From NCBI RefSeq assembly GCF_963921235.1, contig NC_086097.1:210244001-210308000 (forward strand): DNA of 64,000 bases, written 5' to 3'. This stretch comes from Mobula hypostoma (taxonomy: Eukaryota). How positions within the stretch are numbered: the first letter of the stretch is position 1; every line of letters begins with the position of its first letter. The notes below the pieces were generated by a model. The model did no database searches. It worked only from the letters and a program-made list of their open reading frames with translations, and was not told the origin of the DNA. The position numbers were made by a program, and so were the translations under genes. Below, one piece after another: positions 47,801 to 61,000 of this stretch.

Positions 47801-50403
47801 CCATTTAGTTATATGGGAAAATTTTGTGAGCGTTCGCAGACCCAAAAATAACCTACCAAATCATGCCAAATAACACATAAAACCTAAAATAACAGTAACA
47901 TATAGTAAAAGCAGGAATGATTTGATAAATACACAGCCTATATAAAGTAGAAATACTTTTCCACAATCATTGCCGCACTGTTCTCCGTAGCAAAAATCTC
48001 ACGCAAGTGCTCTCGGCAGAAACACGCGTAAGCGCTGTTGGCAGAAACACTCTCTCCAGTAACCTTTAAGCTATGAAGCTGCCAAATCATACCAAATAAC
48101 ACGTAAAAATACACAGCCGATATAAAGTAGAAATAATGTACGTACAGTGTAGTATCACTTACGGGAATCGGGAAATCAGCTTGCCGAGCACACTGATGAT
48201 GGTGTGTTAGGCTGAGTTGCCAGAGTTTGGGTGGTGTGATTGCGCCTCTGATCTGGGCCAACAATTACGTGCCGGGCGGCACCTAATTAATTAGCATGTT
48301 TATTTCGGCTTTTTTCTTAAAGATGCGCTGTGTGCCTCCCGGCTACCGCTGCATTCTCCGCGAATCGGTATCTGTCCGCAGCCTGGGGGTTGGGCTGGTG
48401 GGACACTGGGATGTCATCTCATCATCGTCTGTTTCCATGAGGGTAGGCAGGTCACCTTCTTCTATATCTGCCTGCCTCGATGTCGAAGGTCGAGGTTCGT
48501 CATCTGCTGTGGCTGATGTGGAAGGATTGCTTGACTGCTAACTTTGCGTATTTTTAGATCATACAGTTCTTTGTAAGCATTCAAACCATCTTGCAAATAT
48601 GCCCAAACCGATGTACCCTTTCAAAATTAAAGTCGTACTTCATCATTACTCATTCAGTTTCGATTGTTATCCTTTCCTCTTCCAATTGCATCAGCTCTTC
48701 ATCTATCAGTTCTTGGTCATGGGACGTCAAAACCTCTTCAACATCATCTTCGTCAACTTCCACAAGTCAAACTCACGTTGTCCTTACTTTGTTCACCACT
48801 ATCGAAACGCTTAATTAGGTCTAGTTTTACGCTGAGTAACACCCTTACGAGCTCTTTTAGGCTTTTCTGATACCTTAGAACTCATCTTGCTAGTGGCTGC
48901 TCACAGGCACGTGTTTAAGCAATGCCGGCTAGTATGGCGTTCCGAATCTGGGGGAGAGCGGCTGCTCGGGGCGCGCTGTGCTTTTTTTATCGTGCGCTGA
49001 TCTTTTCCGCGTGCTGCCTTTTTTTCGTAACAGTGAAAACACCTTCTGTTAGCGAAAACAGGGAACTAATGTAGGTCTTTTGTAACAGAGAGGTTTCGTA
49101 AAGCGGACGTTCGAAAAGCGGGGGACACCTGTATTTGGATAGATATGGACTGATTAAGAATAATCAGCATGGCTTTGTGTATGGTAGGTCATGTCTAACC
49201 AATCTTATCGAGATTTTCAAGGAAGCTACCAGAAAAGTGAATGAAGGCAAGGCAGTGAATGTTGTCTGCATGGACTTTAGTAAGGTATTTGATAAGGTCC
49301 TGCACGGGAAGCTGGTGAAGAAGGTTCAGTTGCTTAGCATTCAGGATGACGTAGTAAATTGGATTGGACATTGGTTCTGTGAGCGAAGCCAAAAAGTGTT
49401 ATTAGATGGCTGCTTCTTTGACTGGAAGCCTGAGACTAGTGGTGTGCCACATGGTTCAGTGCTGGGTCCTTTGCTGTTTGTCATCTATATCAATGATCTG
49501 GATGATAATGTGGTTAGCTGGATCAGAAAATTTGCAGATGACAGCAAGATTGGGGTGTAGTAGATAGTGAGGCAGGCTCTCATGGCTTGTAGAGTGATCT
49601 GCTAGGAAAATAGCAGCTGGAATTTAAAAGCACAAGGTTTTTGCATTTGGGTAAGACCAACCAGGGTAGGTCTTACACAGTGAACAGCAGGGCACTGTGT
49701 GGTAGAACAAAGGGATCTGGGAATACAGGTCCATAATTCATTGAAAGTGGTGTCACAGGTAGATAGGGTCGTAAAGAAAGCTTTTGGTACATTGGCCTTC
49801 ATAAATCTCTGTACTGAATATAGAAGATGGAATGTTATGTTGAAGTTGTATAAGATGTTGGTGATGCCTAACTTGGAGTGATGTGTGCAGTTTTGGTCAC
49901 CTATCTACAGGACGATGTAAATAAGGTCAAAGAGTACAGAGAAAATTAACAAGGATGTTGCTGGGTCTGGAGAATCTGAGTTATAAATTAAGATTAAATA
50001 GGTTAGGAATGTTTTCTTTAGAATGTAGAAGATTGAGAGGAGATTTGTTAGAAGTACACAAAATTATGAAGGGTATAGATAGGATAAATGCAAGCAGCCT
50101 TTTTCCACTGAGGTTGGGTGGGACTACAACCAGAGGTCATCGGTTAAAGGTAAAAGGAGATAAGTTTAAGGGGAACATGAAGAGAAACATCTTCACTCAG
50201 AGGTTCGTCATAGTGCCAGCACAAGGGGTACATGTGAGTTCAATTTCAACATTTAAGAGAAGTTTGGATAGGTACTTGGATAGTATTGGTATGGAGGACT
50301 ATGGTCCTGGTGCAGGTCAATGGGAGTAGGCAGTTTATATACTCTGCATATATTAGATGGGCTGAAGGGCCTGTTTCTGTGCTGTACTTCTCTATAACTC
50401 TAT
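44848..50403 (+). mobile_element. Degenerate full-length CR1 of a different subfamily (5'UTR, ORF1 ~45170-46086, ORF2 to 50329), interrupted by a Tigger element
   Basis: Decayed IGDS, CLPGARV, GTND, YYRPPNS, KPGNYR, GVPHGSVLGP, FADD motifs and CTATG-like tail. Confidence 0.9.
47718..49131 (-). mobile_element. Tigger/pogo-type non-autonomous DNA transposon
   Basis: TIRs CAGGTATCCCCCGC / GCGGGGGACACCTG, TA duplication (47716-17, 49132-33); removal restores CR1 RIYKY|LDRYGLI; minus strand retains transposase N-terminus (MSSKVSEKPKRARKG..KLDLIKRF) joined to an acidic C-terminus. Confidence 0.9.
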
Positions 50404-50577
50404 GAGTCTACTTGTAGTATGCACACACTTAGTGGTAAGATCTGTGAAACAGGAAAGCATGCAAAATAAAAATTCATACTGGTTGCATCGATGGCAGGAC
50501 TATGGCTTCATGAAGTCTGAGCTTTTTAAATGAAGGTTCTTGCACTGATAGCTAAGTTTTGTACTTTTCCATAACCA

Positions 50578-50608
50578 ATTTATCTATCTATTTATTTATC
50601 TATCTATC
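50578..50608 (+). repeat. (TATC)/(TATT) microsatellite
   Basis: TATCTATCTATTTATTTATCTATCTATC. Confidence 0.7.
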
Positions 50609-51079
50609 TCAGGATTTGCTCTCCGACTTTATTTTGTATCTCTCTTGGCAACTTCCAAAAGGGCATCTGAAGTATTTTGTGTCTTCTAGTAAATAGCAAT
50701 TCCAAGTGTCTCTTCTTGTTTTGTCCTTGCCTTTTCTGTCCTGCCCACATGAAGGTGGTTATGTCAGTAACCTCCTTTATGCTTCATAAACATGCCAAGT
50801 TCATTCACTTGGACTAACCATGAGAAGATCATTCACCAGCCATCAATGTATTTCATTCCAGCATGTATTTCTGGAACTAAGTGCATGGGGAACCTGGTCC
50901 CCTGAAACTGTGAACTTATTGTGAGAAATTACATTGACATCTTGGGTTTGACAAAGATGTACTGTAAGTGGCACCTTTTCCTATAACATATTTTGTCACA
51001 GCACTCTATTTTCCGCCATGGCCTCTCTACATCTTTGGCAGTTTCTTACGAAGTACGAATTTTGACTGTTTTATATCTC

Positions 51080-51558
51080 ACCAAATACAGCGTCCACACC
51101 AAGGTGAAGCTGTATCAGAGCTGTGTTCCGTCCACACTTATGTACGGGTCCAAACACATGACAGATAACTACTTTGTTAAGCTGTTGTCTTTCCACACCT
51201 TGAGCCTCCAGAAGATATTCCGCATTTTCTGGCCAAGAAGGATTTCCAACCACACCCTACTCCTTCAGTGTCACCAAGAGGGCATGGCCACAATCATCAC
51301 GGGGAAAGGCTGAAGATGGACTGACCAAGTGATGAGAAGAGAGGCCAACTCTACCATCAAGACAGGACTTCACTGGACCCCTGCAGGGCAGAGGAAACAG
51401 AGGAGACCAAAGAAAACTTGGCACCATGCTGTAGAGGCAGAAATGAGAGCCCTGAACCACATCTGGGCACAGTGGAGAAGGTGGCCGAGGACAGATTGAG
51501 ATAGAGGACCTTTATTGCTGCCCTAAGCTTTAGTAGTGCAACAAGCAGTAAGTTAGTA
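51080..51558 (+). mobile_element. RTE-clade LINE 3' fragment
   Basis: KYSVHTKVKLYQSCV..LMYGS, LHWTPAG.RK.RRPKKTW, (TAAG)-like tail. Confidence 0.7.
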
Positions 51559-52794
51559 AATTTATATCTCACATTTGTCTTTTAAAACCTTTGACTTATT
51601 ATCAAGTGCATACATGTCACCACACACAACCCCGAGATTCTTTTTTCTGTGGGCGTAATCTGATGTTCAATCTGTGGAAGAATGGGCACTTTGGATGCAA
51701 TGAATGCCGTGCTATCACACAAAATGCAACTTGAGCTCTAATAATGGTTTTGCTCCCAGAAATACTTTGGAAGAGCTGTGCAGACTTGTGGAGGTCTGCT
51801 GTACAATTCCAATTCATTGGCTTAGTCTCCAGTTTTTTTAGCAAACAGCGGGAAGCAAGTGGAAGAAAGGGAGGAAGCAAACTGTGCTCTCCCTATCTGG
51901 TTGAGTTGTCTGTGAACAATTCACCTGACTGTGTTATCAATAAACAGAAGCCCAATTAAACTTCCATCAACACACCAATCTCTTACTTACCTCCTATAGC
52001 TGACCACAACATCCACTTGGCCACCATGCAAAAATGAAAAGGATAGCAAAGTGTTGTTAAAGAATCTGAGATCAATTACTACCATTCATCCACTAGATCA
52101 AATTAACTACGGCCATTATGAAGGGACAAATATAGAACCCAACATACCGGCAAATATCACTGGGGCATTGTTTTGAATACAGTTATCAATGTGCTTGATC
52201 GAGAGGTGTTTTCAGATAGTAGTTTGGCTTGCTGCTTATTTCTGAATATCCAGCATCTGTTCCAGGGTTAAAGTCTCTGAGCTGAAAAGGCTGTCACAGC
52301 TCATATCTTACTGAATTATTGATGACTGGGAAGCTGTTGAAGATTCTGCTGGAAAGATCATTATGTGGCACAAGTGTAATTAGATATTTGTTAATTCATT
52401 CCTGAAAGTTGTCCAGCCCCTGTTGCAGGTACACATTGGCTGCTTATATTAAACATTGCTTATTTATCCAATATGGAATTATCCATTATTATCTCCACTC
52501 TTGATTTTGAAAATGGAATAACATGAATAAAGCAGCCTAATATGGTTGAGCTTAGAACACTTCCCTAGCACTGCAGTTTGGGTGATACATGGCTGTGATT
52601 TGTGACTAATGATGTCTTTCTGTATGGTAGGTATAATTCTCTTGACTCCTATTGATTTCATTTTAGCTCTGGGTCACAAAATCCTGCATGCAATTTTGGA
52701 TTGTGGCTATGCTAATATTTGGAGACATTGATGAGTAGGTTAGCATTCACATGCAGCTTCAAGGGATTATTGGTAAATCCTTCAATTACTTTAC

Positions 52795-53200
52795 TGGCAC
52801 CACCATCATTGGCTGAATAAGGGTGTTGATGAATTGGCATATAGGAGTGAGATTGAGAATCTGGCTGAGTGGTGCCACAGCAATAACCTCTCCTTCAAAA
52901 TCAGCAAGACCAAGGAGCTAAATATTGTATTCAGGAGGAGGAAGCGGAGGTTCATGAGCCAGTCCTCAGTGGGGCAGCAGAGGAGGAGAGGAGGAGAGGG
53001 TCAGCAACTTTAAATTCTTCACTGTTATCATTTCAGAGCATCTGTCGTGGGCCCAGCAGGTCAGTGACATTTGTTGTTTGTCAACAGTATTTCGCTGATT
53101 CTGTTGTGTTTCTTTGATATATTGTGTATGCCCATAAGAAAGCAAATCTCAGAGTGGTATATGGTGTCATATAGTACTTTGATAATAAATTTACTTTCAA
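52795..53200 (+). mobile_element. Rex1/Babar fragment
   Basis: LAEWCHSNNL..ISKTKEL and shared 3'UTR. Confidence 0.6.
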
Positions 53201-53489
53201 TTTTGGTAGATAGGACATTGATGGAGGTGGAGAAGACCAAGTTCAAATTATAGGCACAAGAGATTCTTGAGCAAACTTGAGTTTTTGGCCCAAGACACAC
53301 ACAGAATACAGGAATAACTCGGCAAGTCAGGGAGCACCCATGGAGAAGAGTAAAACAGTTCATATTTTGAGTTGAGACCATTGTAGCTATATTCAACCAT
53401 CCACCTTTTTTGTAGAGGTAACTGAACCAGCTAAACAATTCCAAAGGCGGAATCTCTTCACACACTAGGCCTGCAGTGGTTTAATCCAG

Positions 53490-54222
53490 GCAGGTGTGAA
53501 GTGGTACATTTTGAGAGATCAAATGTACAGAGTTATTGTCAGGATTCTTAACAGTGTTGGTATACAGAGGGATCTTGGGGTCCAAGTCCATAGCTTCCTG
53601 AAAGTGGTCACATAAGTTGATAGGGCAGTAGACATATGCTTTATTACTCAAGGCTTTGAGGTCGAGAGTCAGGAAGTTAATGTTGTTGCTTTAAAAGTCT
53701 GAGGTATTGCATTTAGTTTTGGTTGCCCCATTATTGAAAGGATGTAGAGGTTTTAGGAAGGGTGCAGAGGAAGTTTATCAGGATGCTGTCTGGATTTGAG
53801 AGTAAATGCTATAGGGAGAATCTAGACAAATGTGTTTTTTTCCCTTTTGAGTGGTGGAGGCTTAAGAAGTAACTGATTGAAGTATATAAGATTATGAGAG
53901 GCGTAGATAGACGGCCAGAATCTTTCTCACAGGGTCCAAATGTCTAATACTAGAGGTGAGAGGGAAACAGTTGAAGGGAAATATGTGGGGTTTTTTTTTA
54001 AAACACAGAGAGTGCCTGTAATGCACTGCCAGGGATGGTCCTGGAAGCAAACATGATAGGAATGTTGTTTGTAGATAGGGACATGAATGTGCAGAAAATG
54101 GAGATTTATGCACATAGTGTAGGTAGAAGGGATTAGTTTAATTAGGCATTTAATTACTAGATTAATTTGTTCAGCACATCGTGGGTCAAGGGCATTCCTG
54201 TGCTGTACCATTCTATGTTCTA
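53490..54222 (+). mobile_element. Old CR1 3' fragment
   Basis: QRDLGVQVH, CR1 3'UTR and TTCTATGTTCTA tail. Confidence 0.65.
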
Positions 54223-55029
54223 ATAGCTTTGAACTCTAATGTTGAATCCATCACTTGTTGCTGGTAGTGAAATACACTGCCTGCAAAAATGGAGTTGTGG
54301 GCTTTTAATCCTGCCTTTAGTTTGTTCTGTCCAGTGGATGATGAGTCTGATATGACAGCGTGAGATGTGGTTCTGTAAAACTGAGGTTATGATTATAGTC
54401 TGAGGGTACCTCTTCCATAGTGCATTCTAGCTACAAGATTAGGTAGACACAGTTCCAAAGTTTTGTCATCAGTGTCACTGACCCCTTAAAAAAATGTGTG
54501 TATGTGTGTGTTGATCGCCTGCAATTAAGGGTCTTGTCAGAATGTTTAAGTAATTAGCTATATTATAGAATTGAACCAAGATGTGAGAACTGGAGAGGTG
54601 TCAGACCTTTATGACTTTTGTATGATTAATTGAGTTGTTTTATTACTATGTAGTGGGATTTATATGGTGATGTTGTAGTAACAATTTATAAATTACCATA
54701 TTTATCATTCCACTTGGATTCAGCCTCGAGACTATTGGTCTGTTGTGTAACTATTATATTGGGACTTCAAAAACCTTGCTTTTAACCTACACCCCCTTAA
54801 CACTGCTGATTTGGCATGAAAGTGCCCGCTAAAGTGTAGAGATGGCCCAAACAGCACATGGTTATATAAGCAGTCAATGGCTCAGATCACACTTTCATTG
54901 AGTACACGCCTTTGATTTTCACAAGTTTTTCATTATGTAATTGTCAATGAATTGTTTTCTGATTTTTCATTGAAATATAAATTATAACGTTTAATAACGT
55001 TGTTTGACAATAATGACACTTTAGACCAA

Positions 55030-58000
55030 GTGAAGCTGCAGCAGAACTGTTTTATTATAGTAAATTTGTTTACAAAAATGCAGGTTATCTGGCACAATAA
55101 ATAATCAGTTTGCTTTTGAAGCATTTCTTTGGATGTAAAGATTAAACTCTAAAGTTTTTTTTACTGTAGTTTTAAGTTGTAAAAGCTTTTTAAAAAACAT
55201 CATTTATGCCTATATTTGTACAGATACCAGTAGTATGTAAATACATTGATAAGTGTATACATAAGCAAAATGTTTTCCATTCTGAACAACAATTGATGAA
55301 ATAAAAGTAGTACAAAAGTCCAATGTGGAATGCAGTTAGTTTCTTCCATCAGTGTTGGTTTACTTTAAACTAATATGTTTTAAACCAATTAAATATCTAA
55401 TTGTGTTTACATCTATTTCACTTTCACTTAAGATCCATTGAAATCTTACACTTCCATTATACAGAAGTAGGGGGCAATAAAGTTTTTTTTTAATCTTTTA
55501 TTTCCACATGGAGATGCAAGATATGAACGTATCGTAACATAGATGTAATAATTCTGTTAGGGTGGGGTAGTAAAGAGGGAGTGATCTGCATGAAATGCTA
55601 CAATGTTTTCAGAATTAAATGCACCATAGCTCATGTGATTTGAACAATCCTCAGTTATACAGAGAGGCAAAGCATGTCAATGCCGTATCAACTTTGGGTC
55701 AGACAATTCTTCCCATCACCTTTTGCTACAACTACATAATTTGTTGTAACTTCACACAAAGACTAGGTACTTAAGAATTTTTGTAGCATTTTTACCATTT
55801 GATTTCCCTACTTTAATTGAATTATAGAGCTATAGTAATAGATAAAGAAAGGGAAAGTTCATAGCACCACGAGGACTGGTTTCCTCCAACCAATGTGAAT
55901 TAGCAGCAAAATATATACTTCAAAAAAAAAGTTGCAGGAGTGTTCCCCACCAAATTTGCTTCACTTGTACCACAATAGTTTTCACTTGTGTATTTTCCTG
56001 TCCGTATAAATAGTTATTTACAGGGAGCTGATGGGACGGCAGCAGCAAAGAACCATCATATTATATACTGGTTATTGTAATGTTGACTTGAATGTAAAGT
56101 AAACTCCCTAAGTGAGACACAGCAACTGTGCAAGCATATACAACAATTTTTAATAAAAGAAATGCTATGACATTTGTACCTGCTAAAAGTTAAATAAAAA
56201 ATGTAAAATTTTATATACAAATTTATTTTATAATCTAATGATCTAATATGAAATCTAATGGCACTTGAAACAAGTTTGTAATGATGGTTAAAGATACAAC
56301 CTTCAAGAGATACTCTTAAAGGATTAATGAATATGAAAGTGCTAAAAATATATAGATTATTTTGCACATATTCTGTAGACAAAGCTACAACTTGGACTAT
56401 TTGCTATATGTGTTGCAACAATAGTCTAACATTTTACTTTTATGCTTCTATAAAAACTGTACCTTTACACAATTTTGAAAAAAAATAACATTTAAACATC
56501 ATGAAAATTCAATTTCTCAAGCAGCATGCACTTGCTTGTGCTTTAGTTGACATATGAAAAAAAACATAATCATGTGAACAGGTTAACTGTTTAAAATTCA
56601 CCAACCTATTGGAGTTTGGATACAATTTATATGCCAGGATTGATCATACCAATCCATTTTGTTTACAGGAGATTATTTTCAGAATAAATCAGACTTTTGG
56701 CCACCGCGTTCCCCCCACCCCCCATTTTATCACAGATTGGTTTTCTAACATAAACTATCCTATGTGTCATGGGGGCTTCTTCTCCAGACTCCTAAACTGA
56801 TTGCTCTATTTATTCATAAGCTGGCATCCTCGCATACAAAGGTTTTCTCTTGACCAAATCTAAAATAAAGTCAGATTTATTTAAATGAGACATTCATGAT
56901 GTAAAGAAATATCCTTCCTTTTGAAGAGAGCTTACATATCTGGAACTGTAATTGTAGTTTCATTTACACATTGTATGTAAAATACAAATGTTGAACAACA
57001 TAACACTGGTCATCTTCACACCATTTCCATTTCAGTTGTGTTGCAACCACAGTTTTACCTACTCAGTCTATCTCAGTGCCCAAGCAAAGAATTCTGACTT
57101 CAGTTTTAAATATAAGCCATATCATTCCAATTTAAGTTTTCCCAAAAAATTACCCAGGCTCCCAAAGGAGCATTAGAAGTTTGAAATACAAATAGAAGTA
57201 CACATTTAAAATCTCAGCAGGTCATATAGCACCTATAAAGAGAGAAGCCTTCCTGGCCAAGAACATCTATCTGAAAGTCCACCTGTTTGGTTCTCTGTAA
57301 GATGCTGCTTGACTAGAATATTTCTAAACTCCAACATTAGTGTGTGCATTATTTTTAACCAACTAAATTCATGGTTGAAAACTTATATAAAATGTGTATC
57401 TGAATTTTAAGCAAAGTTTCAATGTAACCAGCTATATAGCATTTGCTTAGTTCAGTACACAATGCATTATATAATGTTTAAGTTTTCAAATAATGCAATG
57501 CACCAATATCAGAGATTTTCTTCACACCCCGAGTATTTTCAAATCTATAAATTCTGCATTTATTCTGTTTCAAATGAATTTTAGGATTGCAATCTTATGA
57601 ACTATGCACTTTACAACAGCTAATAGACTTGATACAATAAAAATATTTGTCATTAATTACTTGTTTCAATCATCTACCCATGGAAGGTAAACCATTTATT
57701 CAACAGCACTGGCAACTATACGTTGAACTATACATTACATACAACAGGTACCTATCCCACTGCATTGAATAATGGCCCACCTTACAGTCATGCCTAATGT
57801 ATCATGCTCAGTTAAAATTCTAATTTATATCTCAGAATTTAAGCATATACTGTAGTCTTCCACCAAGAAAGGTTTAATTTATAAATGGTTAGATACTAAC
57901 TTTCAAATTCACATAGAGTATTCCATTTCTGAAAGTAATTAAAAAATGTCTTTGAATATAGTCAAGATTTCCACCTAGTGTCACTGTACACAAAATCTTT

Positions 58001-61000
58001 AGTACTGGTACAAAATTCATGCTTCTTTAATATTTAAATGAATTGTTGATCAATATAATTTATATCAGTTTGACTTTACAATAATAGAAATCAGATTAAA
58101 AATCATAAGGTATCCTTCATGGAGTCTCGGTGAGTTGAATAAACTGAACATTTTGCCTGGGCACTTTGTTTATGCTCATGATAAGGGGAAACTCTTGAGA
58201 AACCTGATCTCATCAGGATTAATTGTTAGAATGTAACAAACTTAAGTCTGAAATTAGATTCTTAACTTAAAATAAAACCTGACATGATGAACTGCATCTC
58301 AGGGGGAATAAGGTTACTGTAAAGACAATGGCTGCATTGTTGATGATCTTAAAAAATTAATAAAGTGGTTCCAGCAGTTAAAAGATTAGCATCATAAAGT
58401 CACTACTAAATAAAATGGAGGGGAAAACAAAGACGAGAAAAACAGATTCTCAAAGTTTCCAGTAAATGTTGTTTGGAAAGATCTATCTCAGGTAACAAAA
58501 CATAGAGTGTGTTGGTCTTTACTGCAAAGAAATGTGTAAGCACGAGGAATTCTTCCTGCAATTATACCAGGCACTTTGGTGAGAATGGATCTACGTAAAA
58601 CTTGTGTCCAGTTTTAGTATCCGCGTCCCAAAGGAAGATATGCTTGCTTAATGTGGTGTTGTGATGATCTGCTGTAGTCTTCATTAAATATTTATCATTC
58701 TGCAAGACTTTGGCGGGGGGGGGTGGGAGAAGAGAGATACCATTTTAACAGCATCCTCTCAGGTAAAGGATTGGCCATTCGACAGTGAGGCAAGTTTCTT
58801 CAGTGATTGCAAGTCTTTTTCCCCGGAAATACATAATTGTAATGTACACTTGCTTGGAAAATGTATTTCAAAAACATAGATTGGTAAGGTTAGGCTTGAT
58901 TGAATAAAGAGATAAGGCAATTGGTCAGAAATCAGACCAGAGGTCAATCAAGTTAGTGGAACAGAGACTCCAAATCCTCCAAATCATATTGTAGAATGAT
59001 TAATATTGCACCACTACAGTAGTAGAGCAAGGAACAAATTTCTTGACTAGTAATTTTTAATTGCTACTTTATATGCATTACAATTTTCTGCTAAAGCACA
59101 AACTGCAATAATTATAATTTTGTATGTTATTTCGCCAAAAAATGTTGATTCCTAGACATGATTCAATATTAATAGCATAGAAAATGGTATTCAGATGTCG
59201 AATCAATGCATTTCAAAGTTCATTATTTTACAAAAAATTGCAAGTATACAAGTTTCCTAACAAAAAAACTTAAAGCACTCTGAAATTTCCTCCTCGTTTG
59301 TGTTTACTGGTGCTAAACGTTAGTCCACCACCTCCTCAATTTGTCCATTCTTTATGTAAGTTAGATACTGAATTTCTATTAGTTTTGTGATTATTTAGGG
59401 AAAGGAAATGAGAATAAAAAGTAATCCAAGAGCCTAGAGGTTGCTCCAGCATCGTGGCTAATTACTGACCTCCAGTTTGATTTCTTGTCCAATTTCTTTC
59501 TCCTGTAATTCAATCAAATTACCAATCTTTGTTTTAAATGCACAGCACTCAGTATACATTGTCTCCAAGCATACATAGTTGGAAAGGCCTGTACCTCCTT
59601 AAAGAAATGTATTTAATTCCCAAATCACCAATCCTTTATTTCACAGGATGCTACTAATTGTTCATTTTGCAGCTCTTCTGCTGATGACCACATCTGTATT
59701 TTTTTCCCCATAAAATTCCACTGAGAATATACTAGGAAACATGAAATCTATTGACTTTAACATCTTCCTGGACTAGTGATATTCAAAGGCAAGAGATGTA
59801 TAGAACTGCTGAGAGATGAGTGTTTAACAATTTTGGGACTGTTTTTATATGATACTGTATGTCCTTTCAGTGCTATTTTCTACTCTTTTTCGTCAACTAT
59901 AATGGGAGTTTCTTTCCCTCTGCCATCCGATTTCTAATTAGACATTGAACCCATGAACACCACCTTAGTATTTCTTATTTTTGTTTTTTTTGCCCTACTT
60001 ATTTTAACTGAACTATTATATACAGTGTGTCTATGTGTAAATATAAATGTCTTAATGTACTGTAATTCTGTTTTTTCTTTATATTTATTTATCATGTACA
60101 AACGGTATTTCATTGTACTGCTGCTGTAAATTTCACAATACACGCCAGTGATATTAAACCTGATTCTTATTCGGATTCTGAGCTCATCTAGCTATATGAA
60201 GATATTACTTCAACACAATAAATCTGATGTGCTGATATATATTTACTTTGATGTAGACGAGGTGAAAAGGAGCATGCTGATTAATCAGTGGAGAAACAGA
60301 AGCCACAAGAAATCACACTGAAACTTAATCATTAGGACAAGTATTGTGAATAATTCTTGGACCATACTTCAAAAAGGGTTCAAGTCTTTAAGAGCACTGA
60401 GGTGAACTGTGATGCTATCACTGATAGGGGGCATACAGGGATATTTAGGTAAAAGTTTATATAGTTAAAAGAATAGTTGTGAAGTTAAGAAGCGACACAG
60501 AAGATTTTAAGGATGACAAGAGTTTGTGATACCATGTTCTATAGCTTGGGGGAGATCATTACTAAACAAAACAGGAAACAAAATGGGATTTTCATTTCAT
60601 TAGCATCTTTAAAAGTGAGCTGGACAGGCGAAGTAAGGCTTGACTTGAGACTTGAGGCCAAGGTCACTGCAGGGCTACAGACATAAAGGAAACTTCTTTC
60701 AAAGAGCCAGTATAAGAATTAGAGCTCTAAAATGTCCTCCTGCAATAATATTCTCTGATCCTATTAAATCTAGCAGCAGTAAAATATTTTCAATACTTGG
60801 AATATTTTTTGAACTTAATTCACAAAAAGATTTGAAATTAAACTACAAAATCAGTGAAATGTTAATTGATCTAATATCAATGATGGAATAGGAGATAAAA
60901 GTACTAATTTTTAGCAAAGGGTTAGTTTTGGTGAAGAAGCACTTTCAGTGAAGCCAAATGTTTACGGGGTGAAACTTGTCTTCGGTTGCTAGTACTACAT

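Noticed and set aside
54730..54875. ATTGG + TATATAAG as a promoter antisense to PLAG1
   Set aside because: Short motifs expected by chance in AT-rich DNA; no supporting exon structure.
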